Assembly: GCA_037129475.1 (NCBI GenBank)
Contig: JBAXUY010000005.1
Span: forward strand, 1 to 59,008
Direction: 5' to 3'
Source: Planctomycetia bacterium
GTDB lineage: Bacteria; Planctomycetota; Planctomycetia; Pirellulales; UBA1268
DNA: 59,008 nt
Shown here: positions 25,559-34,497 of the stretch, piece after piece
Position numbering within the stretch: the stretch's first letter is position 1
Layout of the letters: the number at the start of each line of letters is the position of its first letter
Position numbers and translations under genes: made by a program
The notes under the pieces: model-generated
What the model saw: only the letters and a program-made list of their open reading frames with translations
Databases searched by the model: none
What the model was told of the DNA's origin: nothing

Positions 25559-26982
25559 CGCGACTCACGCGAGCACAGGCCATCGCCGCCGAGGATCTGC
25601 ATGAGGCGCAGACCGGGATCGGGCGCTTGTTTTCCCGCGGCATGCGGCCGGTGATCCGCTGGATCAAGGGGGATGGGCTCGACGATGCGGTGACGCGGTC
25701 GGCGATCGGGCAGGCAACGCGGCTCTTTGGCGGCCGCGTCGACTATTGCCTCTGTACGCAGGGCATCGATGGGGCCCGAGTGCGCTCCATTCTCCAATGG
25801 GCTGCCCAGCCGGTGGAATGGTGGCCGGTATCGGCAAACGACAACCAACACCTCGCCGCCTTTCTCCAGCGGGCCGGCTGTCCGCCCGAGAAATTTGGCT
25901 ACTGGTGGAAATGGTTTCCGGAGCGGGTGCGGCCGGACGGCCCGGAGTGGATTCTCGACGGCGATATGGTGGTTACGGCTGCTCCGCCCTGGTTCGCTGC
26001 CTGGGCCACTGGCCGCGATGGCGTGCGGGTCGCCCAAGACGACAAGGAAGGTCCGCACATCTACGGCGCCTACGCACGCCTCGTCGATCCATCGCTGAAA
26101 CTCTATTCGGGCCTCGTGTCGCTGCCGCCGCGGTGTCGTTACATGCCGCAGATGTCGCAGGTGCTGAAGCGGTGGCCGCTTGCGTTTGGCCACGACGGCC
26201 GGCGCGACATGTGCGAGCAGGGCGTGGTGGCGGCGACGTTTCAGGCGTTGTGGGCAACGCCGATTCCGCTGCACCAGTTTCCGTTCGGCCGGGCGTTCCA
26301 GCCGCATTTGGATTTCGGTCTCGCCGGTGATCAGGGGCATGTGTGGGGATATCACTTCGGCAACGCCTTCCGTCGTGCCAATCCCCACTATGAACGGCTC
26401 ACGGCCGAGGGCGTGGTGTTTTCCAAGGGGTGGGGCGACGTGATCGAGCGGCATCGCTGGCTGGGCGGCACGGGCGCGTGGGGCGTTCCGGGCTGGACGA
26501 TGCCCGATGGCATGGCCCGCACCATCCTCTCGCGAGCGATGGCGTTCACTGGCCGAGCCGTGCTGGAACTGGGCACCTCGCGGGGCCGCCTGACTGCGAT
26601 GCTGGCCGAGCAAGGCTGCCGGGTGACGACGGTCGATCATGTCGATCGTGGCGCCGCAACGAACGTGTCCGGCTTGCCGGTGGAGGTCGTCGTCGCAGAC
26701 GTGGTCGAGTATTTGCAGCGCACGCCGCGATCGTTCGATCTGATCATCTGCGACGTGCACGGCAATTCGCCGGCGGAATGGGCCCGCTTCGCGGAGCCGC
26801 TGACGATGCGGCTCGCTCCCGGCGGTATGCTTCTGGCCAGCAATGCGACGCTGCACGAGGTTCCGGGATGGCACGAGGAGACGGGCGTGCAGGCATTCGC
26901 CGCTCAACTGCCTCCCGACTGGGCGGTCGAGCTGGATCGTTCCGAGGTGCCGGGGCTGGCGATCGTAAGAAAGCCGCTGTGA
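25537..26982 (+). CDS. Fusion protein: N-terminal GT-A-like domain (DxD) + C-terminal class-I SAM-dependent methyltransferase
   Basis: WILDGDMVV is a DxD-type motif in a domain of about 300 aa that I cannot otherwise place. The C-terminal AVLELGTSRGRLTAMLAEQGCRVTTVDHVD...FDLIICDVHG is a Rossmann SAM-methyltransferase motif I plus post-I. The start is uncertain: 25537 (MRLNAGH, conserved in the repeat) or 25642 (MRPVIRW). Confidence 0.6.
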   Translation: MRLNAGHSRLTRAQAIAAEDLHEAQTGIGRLFSRGMRPVIRWIKGDGLDDAVTRSAIGQATRLFGGRVDYCLCTQGIDGARVRSILQWAAQPVEWWPVSANDNQHLAAFLQRAGCPPEKFGYWWKWFPERVRPDGPEWILDGDMVVTAAPPWFAAWATGRDGVRVAQDDKEGPHIYGAYARLVDPSLKLYSGLVSLPPRCRYMPQMSQVLKRWPLAFGHDGRRDMCEQGVVAATFQALWATPIPLHQFPFGRAFQPHLDFGLAGDQGHVWGYHFGNAFRRANPHYERLTAEGVVFSKGWGDVIERHRWLGGTGAWGVPGWTMPDGMARTILSRAMAFTGRAVLELGTSRGRLTAMLAEQGCRVTTVDHVDRGAATNVSGLPVEVVVADVVEYLQRTPRSFDLIICDVHGNSPAEWARFAEPLTMRLAPGGMLLASNATLHEVPGWHEETGVQAFAAQLPPDWAVELDRSEVPGLAIVRKPL

Positions 26983-27986
26983 CAACGATTCCTTTTTGTG
27001 ATCTCGCCCGCGCTCACGCGCCGATCCGGGCCGACATCGAGCAGGCCGTGCGAGGCTGCATCGACCGGGCGTCGTTTCTGCGCGGACCCGAGACGCAGGC
27101 CTTCGAAGAAGAGTGGGCGGCCTTCTGCGGCCAGAAGTATGGCGTGGCGTGCAACAGCGGCACCGACGCGCTCACGATCGCGGCCGCCGCCCTCGGCCTG
27201 GAGCAGGCGCGGATTTCTTCCACGACACTTCCGTTGACGGCCATCGGTCTGCATCGAGCGGGCACACGCGTGATCCTCGCCGACGTGGACGAAGACGGGC
27301 ACATGCAGCGGCCGTGTGAGGATACGGTGCCTGTGTTGTTCTATGGCCGGCTTCCTCCCTCGGGCCATCCCGTGGCACGGCTCTACGATGCCGCCCATGC
27401 CCATGGGTGGCAGCCCAGCCAGGGCACGGCAGCGGCGTGGAGTTTCTATCCCACCAAGACTCTGGGCGGGCTGGGCGACGGCGGGGCCGTGACGACCGAC
27501 GACGAGAGCCTCGCCCGCACGATGCGTGACCTGTGCGGCCGCGACGACGTGCTGCGCGACCGGCGTCAGCTGACGTCGCGGATGGACGAGATCCAGGCGG
27601 CCGTGCTTCGCGTCAAGCTCCGGCATCTTCCCGAGTGGTTGCAGATGCGCCGCGAGATCGGTGAGCGATACGGCGCGTGGCTCGGGCCTGCCGGGCTCGC
27701 ACTGCCCGGGCCGTCGCTTCACCACCTCTACTGCATTCGCGTGCCCGATCGTGATGGGTTGCGGTCGCACCTCACCGAGCGGGGCATCGGTTCAAAGGTG
27801 CACTGGGAGATGCCTCTCCATCGGCAGGATGGCCCCTGGCAGGCCGAGGCCGCGCTTCCCAATGCCGACCGCTGGTGCGATACGATCGTGAGCCTACCGT
27901 GCTTTCCCGGCCTGGAGTCGGGTGAGGTTGATCGGGTCTGCGAGGCGGTGTTGGAACATCAAGCCGCTCTCCACAAGGCGGTGTGA
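26979..27986 (+). CDS. DegT/DnrJ/EryC1/StrS-family PLP-dependent sugar aminotransferase
   Basis: VTTIPFCDLARAHAPIRADIEQAV..., FEEEWAAFCGQKYGVACNSGTDALTIA and SFYPTKTLGGLGDGGAVTTDD (PLP lysine) fit the family. The GTG start overlaps the upstream stop (GTGA). The 518-aa ORF-track entry has a spurious N-terminal extension. Confidence 0.85.
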   Translation: MTTIPFCDLARAHAPIRADIEQAVRGCIDRASFLRGPETQAFEEEWAAFCGQKYGVACNSGTDALTIAAAALGLEQARISSTTLPLTAIGLHRAGTRVILADVDEDGHMQRPCEDTVPVLFYGRLPPSGHPVARLYDAAHAHGWQPSQGTAAAWSFYPTKTLGGLGDGGAVTTDDESLARTMRDLCGRDDVLRDRRQLTSRMDEIQAAVLRVKLRHLPEWLQMRREIGERYGAWLGPAGLALPGPSLHHLYCIRVPDRDGLRSHLTERGIGSKVHWEMPLHRQDGPWQAEAALPNADRWCDTIVSLPCFPGLESGEVDRVCEAVLEHQAALHKAV

Positions 27987-28149
27987 ACTCCCCCGCGACC
28001 GTGCGGATTCTGCCGGCTGGACGGGCCTTGGCCGCGCCGGTTCTTCCGGTCATGCCGTTGCGAAGGGCCTTCGCGATGCGACGCTTTCGCAAGGGACGAT
28101 GCTTCTCCTCGGGGACGGCAACACTCTCGCCACGCACACGGGGGGCGGT

Positions 28150-29001
28150 ATGCGGATTTCTCGGTTCATCATCGTGGCCATGCTCTCGATCGCTTGCACG
28201 CGGGCGATTGCCGACGATCTGGGCGAACCGATCGACCTGTCGAGTTTTTCGAGCCTCGATTCCGTGCTCGCCGACGCGGGTCAGGCAGTCGGCGACGACG
28301 CCTTCGCGTTCACGCCGGTGGCCTTCGACGGCGAACCCTCCCGGATTCGCGGCTACGTCTCCGCCATCGCCGGCGGGTCGTTCGGGACGATCAACGCCGG
28401 CGGCACAAGCTTTTTTGGCAGTAATGAGATCCGGACCGTCGGGGCGGCCAGCGAGGCGATGTTCACCGGCGGCGGTGCGATCGGCATGGCCCTCGACCGG
28501 CCGTCCGGATTGCTGCGCATGGAGGTGGAAGGGCGGGCCCGGGGGCCGCTGAACGGGCAGACCGAACTCCTCGTCGTCAATGCCGATCCGCAGTTCAGCT
28601 TTCCGATCAACACCACGGTATCCGGTGGCTGGTCGGCGATGACCAATTTCTGGCGCGACTGGTTCGTGTCCGACCGCTTCGGCGTGTACGGTGGTGGCGG
28701 GTTTGGAATTGGTGGGTATCAGTACTCATCCCAAATAAACATCCTTGGAGCCGGGTTTGAGGCGGCGAGCACCGTGAACACGTTTGCCTGGCAGGTGGGC
28801 ACGGGGTTCACCTACCGTCTCAGCGATCGGGTGACCTTCGACACGGGCTACCGATTCTTCGCGATGACCCCCGGTTCGTCGCCGCTCATCCTGGCGACAC
28901 CGTTGTACTCCCAAGTCATCGGCACCACGTCGTCGGCCTTCAGCGCGAGCGAGCTGCTGCTCTCCGTTCGCATCTACGAGCCGTTCCGTAGTTGGCACTA
29001 A
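28150..29001 (+). CDS. Putative outer-membrane beta-barrel protein
   Basis: It has a signal peptide (MRISRFIIVAMLSIACTRAIADD), Gly-rich alternating strands (FGVYGGGGFGIGGY, WQVGTGFTYRLSDRVTFDTGYRFF) and an aromatic C-terminal region. Confidence 0.6.
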   Translation: MRISRFIIVAMLSIACTRAIADDLGEPIDLSSFSSLDSVLADAGQAVGDDAFAFTPVAFDGEPSRIRGYVSAIAGGSFGTINAGGTSFFGSNEIRTVGAASEAMFTGGGAIGMALDRPSGLLRMEVEGRARGPLNGQTELLVVNADPQFSFPINTTVSGGWSAMTNFWRDWFVSDRFGVYGGGGFGIGGYQYSSQINILGAGFEAASTVNTFAWQVGTGFTYRLSDRVTFDTGYRFFAMTPGSSPLILATPLYSQVIGTTSSAFSASELLLSVRIYEPFRSWH

Positions 29002-29232
29002 GCTGAGCAGTCGGCGGATTGAAACGGGGCAGGCATGGTGCTTTGCCGAGACCCCGGGGCTGAGAACTTGGCGAAGGAAGCCCGACTTTTTCTGTGGTCG
29101 TGACCGTCGGGAAGGTCGTCCCGGCCGATGGGCCGAATCCAGACGCGTCGGCCGCAGCGAGCGCGAACGGGGCGATGGACGACCCCGTCTGCGTTCCCGG
29201 CTCGGCGAACGAGGCCCACGGGAACGTCGAGC

Positions 29233-30549
29233 ATGCCCTGTGTCGGGAAGGTAGTCCTCGGGTGCGCCGCGGTCCTGCTGGCCACACTGATGCCCGCGGT
29301 GAGCGTCGTCGCGCAGGAAGCGCCGTTCGTCGGCGGGCCCAGCCAGGCCGGTGCGTTCGAAGCGTTCGACCCGGTGCTCACCGACGAGGTCAGGACGGGG
29401 ATCATTCCCTCCGGGCAGGACTGGTTCCTGTTCGGCGAGCGCGAGCGCGGCGGCGTCTACGGCTGGCTCGACGGCGGGTTCGTGGGCAACTTCGGCGTGC
29501 CGGCGAGCAAGTTCAACGGCCCCTACAACGCAGTCGACCGGGCCAACGAAGCGATGATGAACCAGGTGTATGTCATCGCCGAACGCACGCTGCCCACCGA
29601 CGGCTCGAACGGGATCGGGGCGCGGACGGACCTGCTCTATGGCGAGGATTTCCCGCTCGCCATGTCGTTGGGGTGGGAGACGAATCCGGGGCCGAGCGAC
29701 TGGAACAGCGGCGAATACTACGGCCTCGCCATCCCGCAGCTCTACGCCGAGGTCGGCAACCAGGATCTCTCGCTCAAGCTCGGCCACTTCTACACGATCG
29801 TGGGCTACGAGGGCGTGCCGGCGGTCGGCAACTTCTTCTACTTCAAGAGCTACAGCTATCAGTTCGCCGGCCCCTTCACCCACTGGGGCGGCCTCGTGAA
29901 CTGGAAGGCCTCGGACAATGTGGAGGTGGATGCCGGGATCGTGAACGGGTGGAACGGCCTCGCGTCGCCTTACAGCAAGGCGAACTTCCTCGGCCGCATT
30001 CGCGTCAGGAACGACGACAACTCGTTCGCGACATCGTTCGCGATCATCACCGGCGACGAGGGCAACGACTTCTCGCCCCTCTTTCAGCCGGCGCCTCCGC
30101 TCACGTCCGCCAATCGCACCCGCTACAGCCTGATCTTCGAGTCGCGCCCGGCCGACAACTGGGAATACCTGTTCCACCAGTGGCTCGGCACGCAGGCCCA
30201 GGGCCTCGCCGACGGTGGCACGGCGCTCTGGGTGGGCATCGACCAATACCTCTACTACCGCGTGAACGATGCGTGGGCCTGGGGCGCACGCTTCGAGTGG
30301 TTTCAGGACACCGACGGCACCCGTGTCGGCCTCAATCGACCGAGCAATCCCAACCACGTGCCGCTGCCGGGCAACTTCTACTCGCTCACGCTCGGCCCGA
30401 ACTGGACGCCCACCGGCAATTTCCTGATGCGGCCGGCGTTCCGCTGGGACTTTTTCGGCGGCCCCTCCGGCGGGCCGCGGGCGCCCTACAACGACGGCGT
30501 CAGCAACCAGCAGACGATGCTCGGTTTCGACATGATCCAGAAGTTCTGA
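29233..30549 (+). CDS. Putative outer-membrane porin-like beta-barrel protein
   Basis: It has a signal peptide (MPCVGKVVLGCAAVLLATLMPAVSVVAQE), a Gly/Tyr/Phe/Asn-rich alternating pattern, and ends ...TMLGFDMIQKF with a terminal Phe. Confidence 0.6.
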   Translation: MPCVGKVVLGCAAVLLATLMPAVSVVAQEAPFVGGPSQAGAFEAFDPVLTDEVRTGIIPSGQDWFLFGERERGGVYGWLDGGFVGNFGVPASKFNGPYNAVDRANEAMMNQVYVIAERTLPTDGSNGIGARTDLLYGEDFPLAMSLGWETNPGPSDWNSGEYYGLAIPQLYAEVGNQDLSLKLGHFYTIVGYEGVPAVGNFFYFKSYSYQFAGPFTHWGGLVNWKASDNVEVDAGIVNGWNGLASPYSKANFLGRIRVRNDDNSFATSFAIITGDEGNDFSPLFQPAPPLTSANRTRYSLIFESRPADNWEYLFHQWLGTQAQGLADGGTALWVGIDQYLYYRVNDAWAWGARFEWFQDTDGTRVGLNRPSNPNHVPLPGNFYSLTLGPNWTPTGNFLMRPAFRWDFFGGPSGGPRAPYNDGVSNQQTMLGFDMIQKF

Positions 30550-30663
30550 CGTCGCACTTGCCGGCCATAGTGCCCGCCATCGTGCTCACCAGCGCCATGG
30601 CGTCGCTGGCGCTGCCACGAGTCCGAGGCTGACTTCGATCGTGCGCCGTGCAGGCAGCGGCGC

Positions 30664-32232
30664 TCAGCGGCCCGTGGTCGCCCCCGCCGTCACCGCCTCC
30701 ATGACGTGGGCCAGGTTGAAGCTGCCCGGCTTCTGCCGTGGCGGAAACTCCCGGAAGCTCTGCAGCCACTCGCCCACGTGGGCCGCGGCCGGCGCGATCA
30801 TGAACATGTGCTCGAGGTACCAGCGCTGGTAGTCCATCCCGATGTCCTGCGCCAGTTCGAAGGGATCCATCCGCAGGTTGACGAGCTTCGGGGCCCGCAA
30901 CTCCACGAACGGCTGCTGCCAGACGTGCATGCCGTGAGCCGGCTGCTCGAGGAACGTGGCCTTCCAGTTGCCGTAGCGCAGGGCGGCCACGCTGCCGTCA
31001 TCGGTCCAGTAGATGAAGTCCTTCCGCGGCCACGGGGCCTCGCCGCGCAGGGCCGGGCTCAGGTCGTAGCCGTCGAGGTGCACCTTGTAGGTGCGGTCGC
31101 CGATCCGGCGGCCCTTCTTGAGCTCTTCCTTCGCGGTCGTGTCGCCCGCGGCCGCCACGAGCGTGGTGAGCATGTCCTCGTGGGCGCCGATGTCGTTGAC
31201 CACGGTGCCCGGCTTGATCGTGCCCGGCCACTTGATCGCACAGGGAACGCGGTAGCCCCCCTCCCATTGCGTGTTCTTCTCGCCGCGGAACATCGTCGTG
31301 CCACCGTCGGGCCAGGTGAAGGCCTCGGCGCCGTTGTCGGTCGAATACATCACGATCGTGTTATCGTCGAGGCCCAGTTCCTCGAGCTTCGCGAGAATCT
31401 CGCCCACCTGGCGGTCGTGCTCGACCATGCCGTCGGCGTAGATGCCGAGGCCCGTCTTCCCCGCCACGCCGTCCTTGAGGTGCGTGAAGATGTGCATCTT
31501 CGTGGAGTTCCACCAGATGAAGAACGGCTTGTTGGCATGCTTCGCCCGCTGCATGAAGTCGATCGTCTTGGCATTCACCTCCTCGTCGATCGTTTGCATG
31601 CGTGTCTTCGTGAGCGGGCCGGTGTCGGTGATCTTCCCGTTGGCGAACGAGTGGATCACGCCCCGTGGACCGAACTTCTTTTTGAACTCAGGATTCTTCG
31701 GGTAGTCGGAGTGCTCCGGCTCCTCCTCGGCGTTGAGGTGGTAGAGGTTGCCGTAGAACTCGTCGAAGCCGTGGGCGGTGGGGAGCATGTCGTCGCGGTC
31801 GCCGAGATGGTTCTTGCCGAACTGCCCGGTCATGTAGCCCTTCGCCCGCAGGAGCGTGGCGATCGTCGGGTCTTCCTTCTTCATCCCCTCGGGTGCGCCC
31901 GGGAGGCCGACCTTCGTGAGGCCCGTGCGGATCGGCGACTGGCCGGTGATGAACGCAGCGCGGCCCGCCGTGCAGCTCTGCTGGCCATACCAATCGGTGA
32001 ACAGGGCGCCCTCGCGGGCGATCCGGTCGATGTTGGGCGTCTTGTAGCCCAGCATGCCGAGGTTGTAGGCCCCGACGTTGAACTGCCCGATGTCGTCGCC
32101 CCAGATGACGAGGATGTTGGGCTGACGGGGAGCCTGGGCGACCACGCGGGTCGCGGGCAGAAGGCCGGCGGCGGCCACGCAGGCGAGCGCGGCGTGAAGC
32201 AGGCGAGGGCAGCGGGAGGCGTTCATCGGCAT
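30664..32232 (-). CDS. Arylsulfatase (formylglycine-dependent)
   Basis: MPMNASRCPRLLHAALACVAAAGLL (signal peptide), NILVIWGDDIG, and QQSCTAGRAAFITGQ (C-x-A-x-R FGly motif) are followed by GKNHLGD. The 792-aa ORF-track entry over-extends the N-terminus across the RRM gene. Confidence 0.9.
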   Translation of the reverse strand: MPMNASRCPRLLHAALACVAAAGLLPATRVVAQAPRQPNILVIWGDDIGQFNVGAYNLGMLGYKTPNIDRIAREGALFTDWYGQQSCTAGRAAFITGQSPIRTGLTKVGLPGAPEGMKKEDPTIATLLRAKGYMTGQFGKNHLGDRDDMLPTAHGFDEFYGNLYHLNAEEEPEHSDYPKNPEFKKKFGPRGVIHSFANGKITDTGPLTKTRMQTIDEEVNAKTIDFMQRAKHANKPFFIWWNSTKMHIFTHLKDGVAGKTGLGIYADGMVEHDRQVGEILAKLEELGLDDNTIVMYSTDNGAEAFTWPDGGTTMFRGEKNTQWEGGYRVPCAIKWPGTIKPGTVVNDIGAHEDMLTTLVAAAGDTTAKEELKKGRRIGDRTYKVHLDGYDLSPALRGEAPWPRKDFIYWTDDGSVAALRYGNWKATFLEQPAHGMHVWQQPFVELRAPKLVNLRMDPFELAQDIGMDYQRWYLEHMFMIAPAAAHVGEWLQSFREFPPRQKPGSFNLAHVMEAVTAGATTGR

Positions 32233-32550
32233 GATGCTCCAGGTCGAGGAATGTTCAGCTGTGGATAGCGTGTCGTATGGCCGGTCCGGCCGTGTCTGCA
32301 ATGCGAAACCGGCCAGAATGCCAGCGTGGGTTCGTCGCCCGCAAGCGTGGGCCTCCGATCGGCGGGAGGCCCGGATTTCGGCCGGAAGGTGCCGCTGTTG
32401 TTCAGGCGGTTCCGAAATGCTAGAAAATCGCAGGTTCGACTGACTTTCGTCCGCACCCACTCCGTCGGGAACTGCGGTTCGTGCACCTGGCGATGGTCGT
32501 GAGTCGATTGGTTCGTGAGCCAGTTCCCGAGTCCCTGAGGTTTTGTTTTT

Positions 32551-32922
32551 ATGGCCCGGAAGATTTACGTGGGGAACCTCCCCTGGTCCACCACGTCCTC
32601 CGATCTGGAGGCGATGTTTTCTCCGCACGGCGCCGTGCGGAGTGCCGAGGTGATCTCCGATCGTGAGACCGGACGTTCCCGCGGATTTGGTTTCGTGGAG
32701 ATGGAGACCGACGAAGGTCTGCAGGCTGCGATCAACGCCCTCAACGGGCATGAGATCAACGGCCGGCCCCTGACGGTCAATGAGGCCCGTGAGCGCACGC
32801 CCCGTCCGGGCGGAGGCGGCGGTCGCTCCGGCGGCTACGGTGGTGGTGGCGGTGGCGGCGGTCGTGGTGGCTACGGTGGCGGCGGCGGTGGCGGCGGCTA
32901 CCGTGGCGGCGACCGCTACTAG
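32551..32922 (+). CDS. RRM-type RNA-binding protein with an RGG/Gly-rich tail
   Basis: KIYVGNLPW (RNP2) and RGFGFVEM (RNP1) are followed by a GGGGRSGGYGGGGGGGGRGGYGGGGGGGGYRGGDRY tail. Confidence 0.9.
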   Translation: MARKIYVGNLPWSTTSSDLEAMFSPHGAVRSAEVISDRETGRSRGFGFVEMETDEGLQAAINALNGHEINGRPLTVNEARERTPRPGGGGGRSGGYGGGGGGGGRGGYGGGGGGGGYRGGDRY

Positions 32923-33077
32923 GACAGCGATCCATCGCAGGTTCCCCTTTCGACATGCCATCGCAGGGGTCGGGTTGGTCACGCTCCCGACCCCTGCGAT
33001 CCATGTGTCGAGCAATGCAACGCGGTTTTGATTCGTTCGCACAACTCTTTCACCAGACCACGGACTGACACACTTTC

Positions 33078-33356
33078 ATGCCCCCTGCCAATCCCAAGTT
33101 TGCCAAGTTCGCCAAGAAGAAGGCCAAGCCGCGCACGAAGGTGAAGCGGAAGGATCCGATCTTCATCGACGGCGCCCGTCCCCGTCCGATGTACGTCGAC
33201 TACAAGGACCTCGAACTCCTCGGCAAGCTCATCAACCGGCAGGGAAAGATCCTCGGCCGGCGCAAGAGCGGTTGCACGGCGGCGAGCCAGCACGCCGTGA
33301 CCAGCGCCATCAAGCGGGCGCGGTTCATGGCCCTCCTGCCCTACGTCGGCGAGTGA
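33078..33356 (+). CDS. rpsR: 30S ribosomal protein S18
   Basis: ...[51 protein letters not shown] is the S18 core. Confidence 0.9.
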   Translation: MPPANPKFAKFAKKKAKPRTKVKRKDPIFIDGARPRPMYVDYKDLELLGKLINRQGKILGRRKSGCTAASQHAVTSAIKRARFMALLPYVGE

Positions 33357-33369
33357 CGCCGCGGCCTTC

Positions 33370-33792
33370 ATGCCAGCCCTGACGACCCGGCGCCGAGTCG
33401 AGTTTCGCGACACCGACGCCGCCGGAATCGTCCATTTCTCCGCCTTCTTCTTCTGGATGGAGTCGGCGGAGCACGAGCTCCTGCGGGCGGCCGGCCTGCA
33501 CGTGTTCGACCCGCTCCCCGACGGCGGCACGGCGAGCTGGCCCCGGGTGTCGGCTTCCTGCGACTACAAGTCGGCCGTACGGTTCGGCGACGAGGTGGAG
33601 ATCACGGTGCACGTGGCCGAGCTCGGCCGTTCGAGCGTGACGTTCGCATTTCGTTTCGAGCACGCCGGCGCGCACGTGGCCGAGGGAAAAGTCGTCGCGG
33701 TGCGGTGCTTGATGCATCCGGGACGCAAGCCGCAGGCGGTGCCGATCCCGGAGGAGATCGTGGCGCGGCTCGCGCCGTTTCGCGCCGCCTGA
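33370..33792 (+). CDS. YbgC/4HBT-family acyl-CoA thioesterase
   Basis: VEFRDTDAAGIVHFSAFFFWMESAEHELLRAAG is the hot-dog-fold thioesterase N-terminal motif. Confidence 0.8.
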   Translation: MPALTTRRRVEFRDTDAAGIVHFSAFFFWMESAEHELLRAAGLHVFDPLPDGGTASWPRVSASCDYKSAVRFGDEVEITVHVAELGRSSVTFAFRFEHAGAHVAEGKVVAVRCLMHPGRKPQAVPIPEEIVARLAPFRAA

Positions 33793-33801
33793 CCGCGGGC
33801 G

Positions 33802-34497
33802 ATGCGGCGTCGCCAGGGCCCGGAGAAACGCAGCATGCTCGAGGTCGATCGGCTCGTGAAGACGTTTCCGGGAGCCGCGGCTCCCGTGTGCGTGCTTGAC
33901 GGCGTGTCGCTGCGAATCGCACCGGGCGGCCGGATGGCTGTCATGGGGCCGAGCGGCTCGGGCAAGAGCACGCTGCTCTCGATCCTCGGCACGCTCGACG
34001 AGCCGACGACGGGCACCGTGCGGCTCGACGGCAGCGATCCCTTTGCGCTCTCTGCGGTGGCGCGGGCGGCGTTTCGCAATCGCGCGATCGGCTTCGTCTT
34101 TCAGGAACACCATCTGCTCGGCGGTTGCACGGCGCTCGACAACGTCGTGCTGCCGGCGCTCGCGACGGGCTCGGTCGCGGCCGCCGTCGTCGAACGGGCG
34201 CGCATGCTGCTCGATCGCGTCGGCCTCGCGAGCCGTATCCACGCCCTGCCCGGTGAGCTCTCCGGCGGTGAACGGCAGCGTGTGGCCGTGGCCCGCGCGC
34301 TCGTGCTCGGGCCGCGGCTCATTCTCGCCGACGAGCCCACCGGCCAGCTCGACGCCGCGCACGCCTCAGTGGTGACCGATCTGCTCGTGGAGCTCGCCGG
34401 CGACGTGGGCGGCATGCTCGTGGTGGCCACGCACGCGCGGGCCGTGGCCGAGCGGGTCGGCACCGTGCGGCAGCTCGTGTCGGGGCGGCTCGAGTGA
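33802..34497 (+). CDS. ABC transporter ATP-binding protein (LolD/MacB type)
   Basis: It has Walker A GPSGSGKST, the signature LSGGERQRVAVARAL and Walker B LILADEPTG. The start may be MLEVDRL (33835). Confidence 0.9.
   Translation: MRRRQGPEKRSMLEVDRLVKTFPGAAAPVCVLDGVSLRIAPGGRMAVMGPSGSGKSTLLSILGTLDEPTTGTVRLDGSDPFALSAVARAAFRNRAIGFVFQEHHLLGGCTALDNVVLPALATGSVAAAVVERARMLLDRVGLASRIHALPGELSGGERQRVAVARALVLGPRLILADEPTGQLDAAHASVVTDLLVELAGDVGGMLVVATHARAVAERVGTVRQLVSGRLE

Noticed and set aside
25015-26985. 656-aa minus-strand ORF spanning the island boundary
   Set aside because: It is antisense to the GT-like/methyltransferase gene and reads straight through the tRNA-derived repeat. It has no motifs.
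32800-32915. GGC/GGT-rich simple-sequence tract as a non-coding microsatellite
   Set aside because: It lies in frame within the RRM protein gene and encodes the usual RGG/Gly-rich tail of such RNA-binding proteins.
30664-33042. 792-aa version of the sulfatase ORF
   Set aside because: The N-terminal 270 aa are low-complexity (Ala/Thr/Arg runs) and lie antisense to the RRM gene. The sulfatase signal peptide begins at MPMNASR (32232).
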